From Terrimicrobiaceae bacterium (GTDB taxonomy: Bacteria > Verrucomicrobiota > Verrucomicrobiia > Chthoniobacterales > Terrimicrobiaceae): a stretch of DNA of 26,073 nt. Below, in pieces: positions 8,376-17,400 of the stretch (position 1 is the first letter of the stretch; each line of letters starts with the position of its first letter). Made by a program: the position numbers and the translations under genes. Below the pieces are notes generated by a model. It was not told where the DNA came from. It did no database searches and saw nothing but the letters and a program-made list of their open reading frames with translations. Location of the stretch: positions 1-26,073 of the forward strand of contig JBGSVZ010000049.1 in NCBI GenBank assembly GCA_041752695.1, given 5' to 3'.

Positions 8376-9477
8376 GGATCGTCTCAAATCACTCGAATTA
8401 GATCGCCCATTGCCGGTGGTTGACCAGATTACACGGCAAGTGCGGTTTCTTATCAAAGACGGCCGCTTTAAGGTCGGATCGAAACTGCCCTCCACGGCGG
8501 AGCTCGCCACCATGTGGGATACGGATGTGCGCACTGTGCATCGCGCGTTAACCTGTTTGGTCAGGGAGGGATTGTTGAGCCGCAAGCCGGGTGCGGGAAC
8601 GTTTGTGCGCAAACGTCATGAAACTCTTGAGAGCATTGTGATCTATGTCCCCAGGAGTTTGGCAGAGAATCGTGAATCCCGATATTTACAGGCGATGCAA
8701 TCTGCCATTGTGAAGTGCCTCGGAGATGAAGATATCCAATTGCGAGTCTGGTTTGATGGGCGGAGGGACAGGCAGTTCACTTGGACTGAACTCCAATCGG
8801 CCGCGAACCGCCGTGAGATCCAGGGCGTCATCGTGCTGACCGCTGGTCTTGCTGAACACGAATGGCTGTCGAAGCTTCCAGTCCCGGTCGTCTTTCACTC
8901 CACGGCGGGTATTGCCAACTGCGTGCAGTATGATTTCTCGCAGCTGGTTAACCTTAGTCTTGAGACTGTCCTCCAAAGGGGCTGCCATTCCTTGGGGGTG
9001 ATCTCTCCACTTGCAACAGACGTAGGGCGGCCCCTTCACCATGCCAATAACGATTTCTTCGAAACTCTCGTTGATCGTGCTGGGAGCCTGAAGTTGGAGA
9101 TTAGAAATCCTTGGATACGTGCGCTTCACGATGAGCATGTCGTCTCCCACGAGCGCTTTGGATACGAGCAGTTTGAAGCGCTTTGGCGGCAGAAATACAG
9201 GCCGGACGCCCTCCTCGTCTATCCGGACTCCGTGGCTCGCGGAGTCATCCTCGCGATCGCCGAACAGCAAGTGCGCGTCCCGGAGGACCTCCGGCTTGTT
9301 TTGCACAAAAATGCCGGGATTGACTACCTCTGTCCTTTTCCGGTCGATTTTATCGTCTCGGATGAGGAGCGGGTAGCCCGTGCTCTTATTAACAAATTGA
9401 AGGGAATCTTCAACGGCGAAAACGTCGAGCGTACCCTTGTCTCCTTCCACAGGATGAAAGGTGAGAAGAGGTGCTAA
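8374..9477 (+). CDS. GntR-family regulator with LacI-type sensor domain (AraR-like architecture), copy 2 (~367 aa)
   Basis: GSKLPSTAELATMW...TVHRALTCLVREGLLSRKPGAGTFV is a GntR HTH. The C-terminal region has RPDALLVYPDSVARGVILAI and VRVPEDLRLV. Start placed at ATG 8374 (MDRLKS). Confidence 0.92.
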   Translation: MDRLKSLELDRPLPVVDQITRQVRFLIKDGRFKVGSKLPSTAELATMWDTDVRTVHRALTCLVREGLLSRKPGAGTFVRKRHETLESIVIYVPRSLAENRESRYLQAMQSAIVKCLGDEDIQLRVWFDGRRDRQFTWTELQSAANRREIQGVIVLTAGLAEHEWLSKLPVPVVFHSTAGIANCVQYDFSQLVNLSLETVLQRGCHSLGVISPLATDVGRPLHHANNDFFETLVDRAGSLKLEIRNPWIRALHDEHVVSHERFGYEQFEALWRQKYRPDALLVYPDSVARGVILAIAEQQVRVPEDLRLVLHKNAGIDYLCPFPVDFIVSDEERVARALINKLKGIFNGENVERTLVSFHRMKGEKRC

Positions 9478-9547
9478 TCCGATACAAAACCAACCCCGAC
9501 TCATCGGCTAATAGCCAAACAACCAAACACGCAGCAACCACCCCACT

Positions 9548-10375
9548 ATGAACACACACACTAACTTCCTGTTGGCCGCGACTCTTCTCGCGGCATCCGC
9601 AGCGAGCGCACAGGTTGTCGTCCTGAACGACTCCTTTAACGATGGAGGCTTAACCAACGGAACCGATTCGCTCGACACGGAGTGGTTCCGGACCAACGCG
9701 TCGCTGGTCACCGTCAGCGGTGGCGAATTGACAATCGCGAATGGCAGGGCGGCTATGGGGTATTTGCCCGGGACCCCGGTTACTCTTACGAATACGGGGG
9801 ACTATATCTCCCTGAGCCTCGACCTCACATTTACCGCGTTGTCTTCCAATATTGCTTTCGCAATTTCGTTGTATGACAGCGGTGGCACAAGATATGCGAC
9901 AGGGACCGACCCGATTAGTCTTGGATCCGGGAATGCTTCCGATGCGTACGCCGGTTATTATTCCCGCTTTTCACAAGATGGCGCTTCCGTTGCACGAGCC
10001 GCGGCGACCCGGGAGACTGGGCTCTCCGCGCCGTTCTTCGGCGGAGCGGACAGGACGGATGTTGGGGGCGGAACATTTGGTTACACCAGTTTCACCGTCA
10101 ATACGCCCTCCGTAGTTGAGCTTCGTTTGACACGGGTCGCAACGGGTTTGCAAATCGAGATGATAAAAGATTCCGTCACTCTCAGATCTTTCACGGATAC
10201 GTCACCAGCCTCCTACACTTTTGATACCGTGGTGTTATACAATCAGAACGTTGGTTCCAATGTCGTGATCGACAATATTTTGGTGTCGGTGCCGGAGCCA
10301 TCGAGTGTCGCCCTACTTGGATTCTTAGGGGCAGCCGTTTGGATGTGGAAATTGAGGGCGAATCGCCGCATATGA
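9548..10375 (+). CDS. PEP-CTERM sorting-domain surface protein (275 aa)
   Basis: Signal peptide MNTHTNFLLAATLLAASAASA|Q, a beta-rich body, and C-terminal VPEPSSVALLGFLGAAVWMWKLRANRRI. Confidence 0.93.
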   Translation: MNTHTNFLLAATLLAASAASAQVVVLNDSFNDGGLTNGTDSLDTEWFRTNASLVTVSGGELTIANGRAAMGYLPGTPVTLTNTGDYISLSLDLTFTALSSNIAFAISLYDSGGTRYATGTDPISLGSGNASDAYAGYYSRFSQDGASVARAAATRETGLSAPFFGGADRTDVGGGTFGYTSFTVNTPSVVELRLTRVATGLQIEMIKDSVTLRSFTDTSPASYTFDTVVLYNQNVGSNVVIDNILVSVPEPSSVALLGFLGAAVWMWKLRANRRI

Positions 10376-11253
10376 AGTTTCTTTTCGATGCGGGCCGGAC
10401 AACAGATTTCAAAAAAATGATAACCATGCGGGTGCCCTTTCAGCCGTCGGATTTTAGGATAATCCTCTTTGCAGCGGCGGTCATTGGATGGCCTCTTCTT
10501 GCGCTTCAGGCGTCGGAAGACCTGGTGATCGCAGATTTTTCCTCCCCCGTGTTTGCTGAAGGTAACCTCGGTAAGGTGTCCCTTGAGGGGTCCGTCAAGG
10601 CCGAGTTGACAGCAACGGATGGCACAGCGAGTATTGTGCAGGAGGATGGAGAACAGTTCGCTCGGATCAAGTGGGGCCCAAGCCCTTTGGAGGGAGAAAG
10701 AGACATCCCCGGTGAGTCGAGCCTCGCAATCCACCTGCCAGAGGGATTGTTGGGAGTTGAAAAGCTGCGCCTCTCCATGGCTCTACGTTGCGCTTCGGAA
10801 GATATGGCGTTTTATTCCTGGGTTCGATTTGGTCCCTACAATGATCGTTCGGAACTGAGCCTGCTTTCGGTGTCCTCCCTTTCGCGGGGTCCTGATGGAG
10901 AAAAATCAAGAAACTTCGTTTCGGCTGAACCGGGCGAGGCGGGCATCCTTCCCACTAGAAAGGAAAAAGCTGTCGATACCGGAGTGGAGATGCTTGCTGG
11001 GACATGGTACGAAATCTCTTTCGAGTTTGAACCCGCCTCGCGCGTGGGATTTTTCCAAGTGAAAACCACCATTTCTCAGGGCAATACACCGCTTGCGGAA
11101 TTGAAAACCGAGGCGGCGGTCGCCGGACATATTTCTGGTAATTCGTGGGATCTCAATTCCCTTCGCGACATCGTGCTGGCGGTGCGACAGCCGGGCTTCA
11201 ATGCTCCAGAAATAATCCTCGACGTAAAAAGCGTCACGGTTCAATCCAAATAA
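10372..11253 (+). CDS. Hypothetical exported, probably beta-sandwich protein
   Basis: Signal-peptide-like FRIILFAAAVIGWPLLALQA|SE followed by an alternating beta-strand pattern (GTWYEISFEFE, IILDVKSVTV). The start is uncertain: 10372 (ATGA overlap), 10417 or 10426. Confidence 0.7.
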   Translation: MKFLFDAGRTTDFKKMITMRVPFQPSDFRIILFAAAVIGWPLLALQASEDLVIADFSSPVFAEGNLGKVSLEGSVKAELTATDGTASIVQEDGEQFARIKWGPSPLEGERDIPGESSLAIHLPEGLLGVEKLRLSMALRCASEDMAFYSWVRFGPYNDRSELSLLSVSSLSRGPDGEKSRNFVSAEPGEAGILPTRKEKAVDTGVEMLAGTWYEISFEFEPASRVGFFQVKTTISQGNTPLAELKTEAAVAGHISGNSWDLNSLRDIVLAVRQPGFNAPEIILDVKSVTVQSK

Positions 11254-11383
11254 TTAGATAGAGCTCTTTCCTGAACCGGCTTAGTAGCCCGAGAGCTGTC
11301 CGTTCCCCCGTGGGCTTCGATGTTGGGACGCTCGGCAGGAGTGGCCGGGCTTTGGTTTTTCGGCAAAGTTTCTGACGATTTAA

Positions 11384-11404
11384 TTGACAATGATAATAAT
11401 GATA
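11384..11404. promoter_or_regulatory. TTGACA -35-like hexamer followed by candidate operator TGATA-N4-TGATA (copy 3, inverted)
   Basis: TTGACA at 11384-11389. TGATAataaTGATA at 11391-11404 is the reverse complement of TATCA-N4-TATCA. Confidence 0.55.
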
Positions 11405-11460
11405 GTAATAGACATCTTGTATGATGCCGGTATTGATCCTCCGTTTGGTGCGGTCCAATT

Positions 11461-12465
11461 ATGAATCCGAAAATTAAATATGGGTTGGTTGGCGTTGGTG
11501 GTTTCGGCTCTCAACGCCGCGCAAGGCTCCGGGAGTCCGGGGTTTTCGAGATGGTCGGCGGTGTCGACATCCTGGCAGAGGCGTTCACGGAAGCGGAAGC
11601 GGAAGAGGGCTATCCTCTGAAAAGATTTGGCTCCGTTGATGCTCTCGCGGCTGATCCTTCAATTGAAGCGGTTTTCGTCGCGACCCCGGCAGTGCTCCAT
11701 GTATCGCAGGCAATGATTGCCGCGCGGGCGGGCAAAGCGGTGTATTGTGAAAAACCGCTGGGGTCGGACCGCAATGCCTGCTTGGAGTTGGTGGAGTTCT
11801 GCGAAAAGAATCACATCCCGCATGGGCATGGTTTTAGCGTCCGCTATCATCCCCTCTGGCAGAGGACCAAACAACTCGTCGATTCCGGGGTCCTGGGCCG
11901 GATCGTAAGTGTCTCGGCCGCCAGTATGCACACGGGCGGACTTGCCTTTAGCGGTGATAACTGGCGGTTCAGGGCGGGAGATAACCCGGGCGGACCACTT
12001 TTCCAATGTGGGATTCATAAGATTGACACCCTTCGGTTCCTGTTTGGCGAAGGCCGTTGGGTTTCCGGTATCGTCAACCGGACCATCACAACTTCCCCAA
12101 CCGACGATGCCTATGTCTTGCTCGGTGAGTTCGGTGGAATCCCCACCACCTTGCACAGTCATTATGTTGCTTCCTATCGGCATGCCATGGAGATCTACGG
12201 AACCAAGGGGAATCTCTTCATTACGGAATTTCCCGACAAGCTCGAGCTAAAGGCGACGGATCTGACTTCCGGATTCGAGCCGGTCTGCGATCTGACCGGA
12301 AGCATCCAGCCCACCGACGCCGAAGGTGATTCGCTCCGCGATTTTGCGCGGGCGGTGCGCGAACGAACCCAGCCGGCCATGAGCGGCCGGGAAGGCTTCA
12401 AGACCCTTGATCTCATATTCCAAGCCGTGGATTTGGCGGTCGAAACCAAGGTACTCGTCAAATAG
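11461..12465 (+). CDS. Gfo/Idh/MocA family NAD(P)-dependent oxidoreductase
   Basis: Motifs GLVGVGGFG, AVFVATP..LH, GKAVYCEKP, GGPLFQCGIHKID and EIYGTKG. Confidence 0.95.
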   Translation: MNPKIKYGLVGVGGFGSQRRARLRESGVFEMVGGVDILAEAFTEAEAEEGYPLKRFGSVDALAADPSIEAVFVATPAVLHVSQAMIAARAGKAVYCEKPLGSDRNACLELVEFCEKNHIPHGHGFSVRYHPLWQRTKQLVDSGVLGRIVSVSAASMHTGGLAFSGDNWRFRAGDNPGGPLFQCGIHKIDTLRFLFGEGRWVSGIVNRTITTSPTDDAYVLLGEFGGIPTTLHSHYVASYRHAMEIYGTKGNLFITEFPDKLELKATDLTSGFEPVCDLTGSIQPTDAEGDSLRDFARAVRERTQPAMSGREGFKTLDLIFQAVDLAVETKVLVK

Positions 12466-12473
12466 CCCCTTTC

Positions 12474-14390
12474 ATGAATGCTATCACTGATCTTATCTGC
12501 TACCCCAACCTCCTGCCGTTCGAAACGAGCGAGGCCAACGTGGAGACCTTCATGGCCACCCTCTCGGGTGCCGGAGTCAATCACGTGCAGGTTAATCACC
12601 TGCCCGACCTCATGCATCCCGAGCTGCTCAATCAGCCGGAAAACGTCTATCTCTGGTTTGCGAATTTCGGCCCATCGCTCGACATGTTCTTTAGCAGCCA
12701 GCTTAATCGCGGGCTCTACCCTGAGATGTATCTGGAACGCAATCGAAACCTCCTTCTGCGCTTTGCGGCGGCGGCACGGCGGCACGGCATCAAGCCAATG
12801 CTCTATCTCTGTGAGCCGCGCTTTGTGCCGGAGCGTTTCTTTGCCCGGAACCCGACCCTGCGGGGGCCGCGAGTGGACAATCCGACGTGCAGCACCCAAC
12901 CGCTCTTCGCTCTTTGCACCGACCTGCCCGAGGTGCGCGCCCATTACCGCGAGATGATGTCGATGGCGATGGACCTGGTGCCGGATCTCGCCATGGCGAC
13001 CATCTTCACCAGCGACAGTGGTTCCGGGTTTGATTACAATCCCCATACCTACGCCGGCCCAAATGGCGCTGGTTTCAATCAGAAATTTCCCATCGAGAGG
13101 CGGGTCAGCAAATTTTTCTCCTTGCTCTGTGAGGAAGGGCGTCGGGTCAACCCGGACTTTACCGTGAATCTCACCAGCGGTTTCGATCCCGTCACCCGTC
13201 GAAAGATTCTGGACATCGCGCCGGAAGGGGTGGTGGGTTCTGTCAATGGACTCTATGATTGGGCGGGCGGACTGGAAGAGCATTGGGGATACCATCAGGC
13301 ATTGTGGGGAGAGCCCAAGGCGAAGTGGAATATTCGAAATCTTGATCGCGTGGAGGCCGCCAAGGACCGTTTTGACGATATGCAGGAACGGTTCAAACTC
13401 GCTTCTGCGGGTGGTCGCAATCCGATCATCCACGCGGAGTTGCCCACCACCGACTACCCCCGTCCGGTGCGCTACACGCCGCACCCGTTCGAGACGATTC
13501 GAATCGTGAAGGACATCGCCCGGATTGGCGCGAAACGACTCGCGCTATGGGGGGTGATCAATCCGGCGGACTTGATCCCGCAAGATGTCAATATGGAGGC
13601 CATGAAGGCTGCCAACGCTGATATTGAGGGGGATCCAGAGAGTCTCATACTGAAAATTGCCCAGGACTGGGTGGGAGACCAGCATGCCGCGGCGTTGGTC
13701 GAAGCATGGAGACGTTGTGATTTAGCCTGGACGCGCCGTCCCATGTGGAACGCGATCGGCCTTCATAAGCAGGCGATGCCGGGTCCGCTCGTGCCTGATC
13801 TGCAGGCCTCGAGCCCGGAGGAGACCGCATACTACCGCACGGTCGCGCTCGATGATCTGGAGAGAATTAACGGACGGGGATACTACATCCGGCACGAGTC
13901 GAATGAACGCGATCGTGACTACGTTCTTGACGAGATTTATTCAAAAGAGACCTTGCCAGGGTTGTTGAAGGCCGTGGAGTTGCTGGAGAAGGAGGCTGCT
14001 GGAGCTAATGCGGCCGCGGCGGAGATTCTCTTGCGTCAACGAGACCATGTCCGTTTCGCCTATCTCACACAGCGCACCTACTTTAACTGGTATGAGGCGG
14101 GGCGTCATATTGTGCCCGGGGCCGACCCCGGCCGGGGGCGCAGCATTACTGAAATCGTCGATGATGAAATTGCCAATACCATCGAAATGATTGGCCTTTT
14201 GGAAGGTCGTCAGAACCAATTTATGCGCACGATGCCCTCGGACGGGATGACTTATGAGTTCGGCCCCGGATTTACCCAACACCTCAAGGAACGGATTAAA
14301 GTCATGCGGAGGCACCGCAACGACCGGGTGCGAACCCTCAATGAATCCCTGGACAAGGCCCTGTCCTATTTCAAGGACATGGAAAATTGA
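12474..14390 (+). CDS. Uncharacterised 638-aa cytoplasmic protein; possible TIM-barrel glycoside-hydrolase-like N-terminal domain with helical C-terminus
   Basis: Long ORF starting just after the oxidoreductase. Segments AARRHGIKPMLYLCEP, LCTDLPEVRAHY and VPDLAMATIFTSDSGSGF resemble GH-type barrels. Function not assignable. Confidence 0.65.
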   Translation: MNAITDLICYPNLLPFETSEANVETFMATLSGAGVNHVQVNHLPDLMHPELLNQPENVYLWFANFGPSLDMFFSSQLNRGLYPEMYLERNRNLLLRFAAAARRHGIKPMLYLCEPRFVPERFFARNPTLRGPRVDNPTCSTQPLFALCTDLPEVRAHYREMMSMAMDLVPDLAMATIFTSDSGSGFDYNPHTYAGPNGAGFNQKFPIERRVSKFFSLLCEEGRRVNPDFTVNLTSGFDPVTRRKILDIAPEGVVGSVNGLYDWAGGLEEHWGYHQALWGEPKAKWNIRNLDRVEAAKDRFDDMQERFKLASAGGRNPIIHAELPTTDYPRPVRYTPHPFETIRIVKDIARIGAKRLALWGVINPADLIPQDVNMEAMKAANADIEGDPESLILKIAQDWVGDQHAAALVEAWRRCDLAWTRRPMWNAIGLHKQAMPGPLVPDLQASSPEETAYYRTVALDDLERINGRGYYIRHESNERDRDYVLDEIYSKETLPGLLKAVELLEKEAAGANAAAAEILLRQRDHVRFAYLTQRTYFNWYEAGRHIVPGADPGRGRSITEIVDDEIANTIEMIGLLEGRQNQFMRTMPSDGMTYEFGPGFTQHLKERIKVMRRHRNDRVRTLNESLDKALSYFKDMEN

Positions 14391-14454
14391 AGGCTGGGAG
14401 CGCCTGCCCCGCCTGCCCAATTGATCATTCTTTCATTCCATACGATTCCCACCA

Positions 14455-17400
14455 ATGAAATCACTGCCTCCAGTTCTGATGCTCGCCCTTTGCGGGCTTC
14501 TCACCTTGATGACACGGACGTTTGCCGAAGATGAGGCTTTGCCTGTTCGCCGCCCTTCAGTGGGATTCTTCGGCCACTTTCCTGCTCCAAGCGGGCCGGA
14601 GATTGCGGGCCGTCTGCAAGCAGACGGCTTCGACTTGCGCAGGGGAGCCGATTTTAAATCTGCCCCCATCACGTGGGATCAAGTGAAGCGCTACGATGTT
14701 CTTGTGGTGATTGGACTTGGTGGCAGCGCGGGAGATGGGTCACTCACCGAAGAAAATCGAAAAAATATTGAGGTGCTTAACCGCTTCATGGAAGCCGGCG
14801 GAGGAGTTCTCTTCATTCCATTTTGGTATCAGCAGGATCGGTTTTTCGGGCCCATGAAGGCCTTCCTGAATCCTCTCGGACTCGACCCCCTGTTGATGCA
14901 TGTCATCAACGACCCGAACGCCGTCAAGGGTGTTACGGCCTGGAATCTCGATTTTGGTTATACCGAAGATCTGTTAACGGACTCTCCGATCACGGAAGGC
15001 GCAAAGGAAGTCTGGCTTCCCGTGAATCTCCGAACGGGCGTGCAGCAGACGTCGACTCCTTTTGTCGCCGACGACAGCTGGAAGATCATCGTTCGGGCTG
15101 GCGAACATTCCGTTGCCGAGGCCTACGACATGGCAATGCGGGCGCTTCCGGAGCAGCCAATCAAGCGCCCTCCGTTGCTCGCCACGCGACAAGTGGGCAA
15201 GGGAAGATTGGTTTTCTTCGGAATCGCTTCGCCCCAGTTCCTTTTGGATCCCATTGCTGCGGCAACCTTGGAGTGGATTACGTTTGAGAAAGGCCTGAAT
15301 GGGAAGCCATCCAGCGGCTATGTCCTACTACGTAACTCACTCAAATGGCTGGCTCAGCCTGCGCTCGAGAATCCAGAGCTGGGAGGAACTGGTATGGATA
15401 AATCCCTGCTTGCCGACCCAACGAAGACCGTCTTCATCAAGCCGTTTGATTGGAGGAAGGAGAGGGAACCCAAGCCGCTCGACGATTGGTCCGGTGTCAT
15501 CGGTGCCCGGACCTCCTACTCCAGTGGGCAGGCAACCCCCGACGAATGCGTCGAAGCCGCCAAGGCCGCCGGCCTAAACTTTCTCGTCTTCCTGGAAGAC
15601 TTTGCGAAGCTCGACGAAGCGAAGTTCCAAAAACTCAACTCAGACTGTCTTCGCCTGACGACACCGGATTTCGCAGCAATTCCGGGATTCACGATCGAAG
15701 ATGAGGCCGGGTATCATTATTTCTATTTCGGGACCGAGGTGAAATATCCCAAGAAGGAGATCATCGATCCAGAGAAGAAGCGTCTGCGTGCCTACGATCC
15801 GGGCTACAACCGCCAAGCCCCTTACATCCCAGGCCATCTCTCGATGACGACGCTCGATTACGTTTATACCTACGGTGCCCACCGGTTGACGGCGGGTAAC
15901 TTCCTCTACAGTGCAGCCCCGTTTCCTGTCTTTTTTGCCAATGCCGGTGCGGCTGGAGTCGTCACTCGCAAGAATGGAAAGCTTGTCGAGTCCAAGCCCG
16001 AGGTGCTTATGGAGCTCGCGGCGATGGGAAAATCTCCCGTGCCGGTTGTGGTCGATCTGATGGATGATCCATCTTACCTAAAGACCACGCCTTGGCGCAC
16101 CGAACTTCGATTGCCCAAAGGTTCCGATGGGACCAACCCTGTTGTTGAGTGGTCGAATACGTGGAAGGGTATCTTCCCGAACAATCCTTCCACACCATCT
16201 ATCAGCTCCGGTCCGAAGATTGTGCTTTGGGCGACTTCAGGCCCCAGAGACTACGCTGGAGGGTTGAAGGGTGATTTTGTTACCAGCGACTATCGGTGGC
16301 GGGTGCACGGGATCGTGGAGGCCGCCGCCGGACTCAAGGAAGTGCGGATCTACGACGGTCCCCGGCTATTCCGTCGATTTCTGCCGAAGGGTGAACCGAA
16401 ATTCTCGTTCGACATCGATCTTACTCACGACAGACAGCACACGTTGCTTCTGCAAGTGACCGATCAAAATGGTGGAGTGGCCTACAGTGGAGACCTGATC
16501 GACCGCAATCACCGATTGATGGAGTTTTCCTGCTCGGACCAGAACAACCAACTCTCCTATTCTTTCATTACCGACAGCAATGGGCACACAATAAATCTGG
16601 GTGGCAATCAGCCTCTTTCGACGCCCAATTTGCGCGTTGATCCCAAACAGATATCGCCGTCTGGAACATTTGGAAACGACAAACGTCTCGGCACGGCTGC
16701 ATTTGACGGCACGGTTGGAGGGGCACCCACGGTCTATGCACCCGTTGCGATGGTGGCCGAGAATGGGTTGATTCCGTCCCCTGGCCTCTCTCGATCTGAG
16801 CGTCTGCTTCATACGGGCGACGTCGCGATCGGTCAGGGAACCTGGGCACATAACTTCACGGACAAAGTCGAGGCATTGAATGTCTGGCGCAGCCTTTGGA
16901 TGACGGAACCGGCTCGTGATTTCAAGGTGCGGAAGCGGAATAGCTTCTTTCAGGTCGACCCGGATAGTCCTTTGGCGGTCTTCCTCTGGGAATTCGACAT
17001 CGAAATCCTGCGCGACCTGCCCAACCGTGGATTCAATCTGGCGAATATCGATCCACGGGACGCTCGGATCTGGGCGATCCGCGGCGGAGACGCGTTGCGG
17101 GTTGGCACCTGGGAAGGACCAGCCGACGTCGCTTCGCCCCGACGCGAGGTGGAGGCGGATTTGGCTATTGGCGATTATGTGGCAGCCTTGGACTCCCCAC
17201 TCGGTGGTTCGGCGGTCTTCGCGCTTAGCAAGGGACTTCTCGCAAAGACCTCGCTGCCTGGAAAAAACCGGTTGGAGCTCATTCTCAGTCCGGGCGCCAC
17301 ACCCAGCAAGAAAGGGGAGTCTGCGAAAGCTTCACTTCTCCTTCTTGGCATTCCCAGGCCTGTGGTTGGCGTGAGCGACAAGTTGCCGGCTGGCAGCACG

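Noticed and set aside
4168..9504. Minus-strand ORFs of 233-272 aa (4168-4869, 6348-7151, 8686-9504)
   Set aside because: They are antisense shadows of the real genes, with no family motifs.
11254..11360. Possible structured RNA or terminator (AGCCCG...CGGGCT followed by T-rich sequence)
   Set aside because: The pairings are short and widely separated, and no riboswitch consensus was recognised.
12195..13484. 429-aa ORF on the minus strand
   Set aside because: It lies antisense to two well-supported + strand genes and has no recognisable motif. This is a typical shadow ORF of GC-rich coding DNA.
14401..14418. Tandem 9-bp repeat CGCCTGCCC x2
   Set aside because: Only two GC-rich copies, not noticed elsewhere, and plausible by chance.
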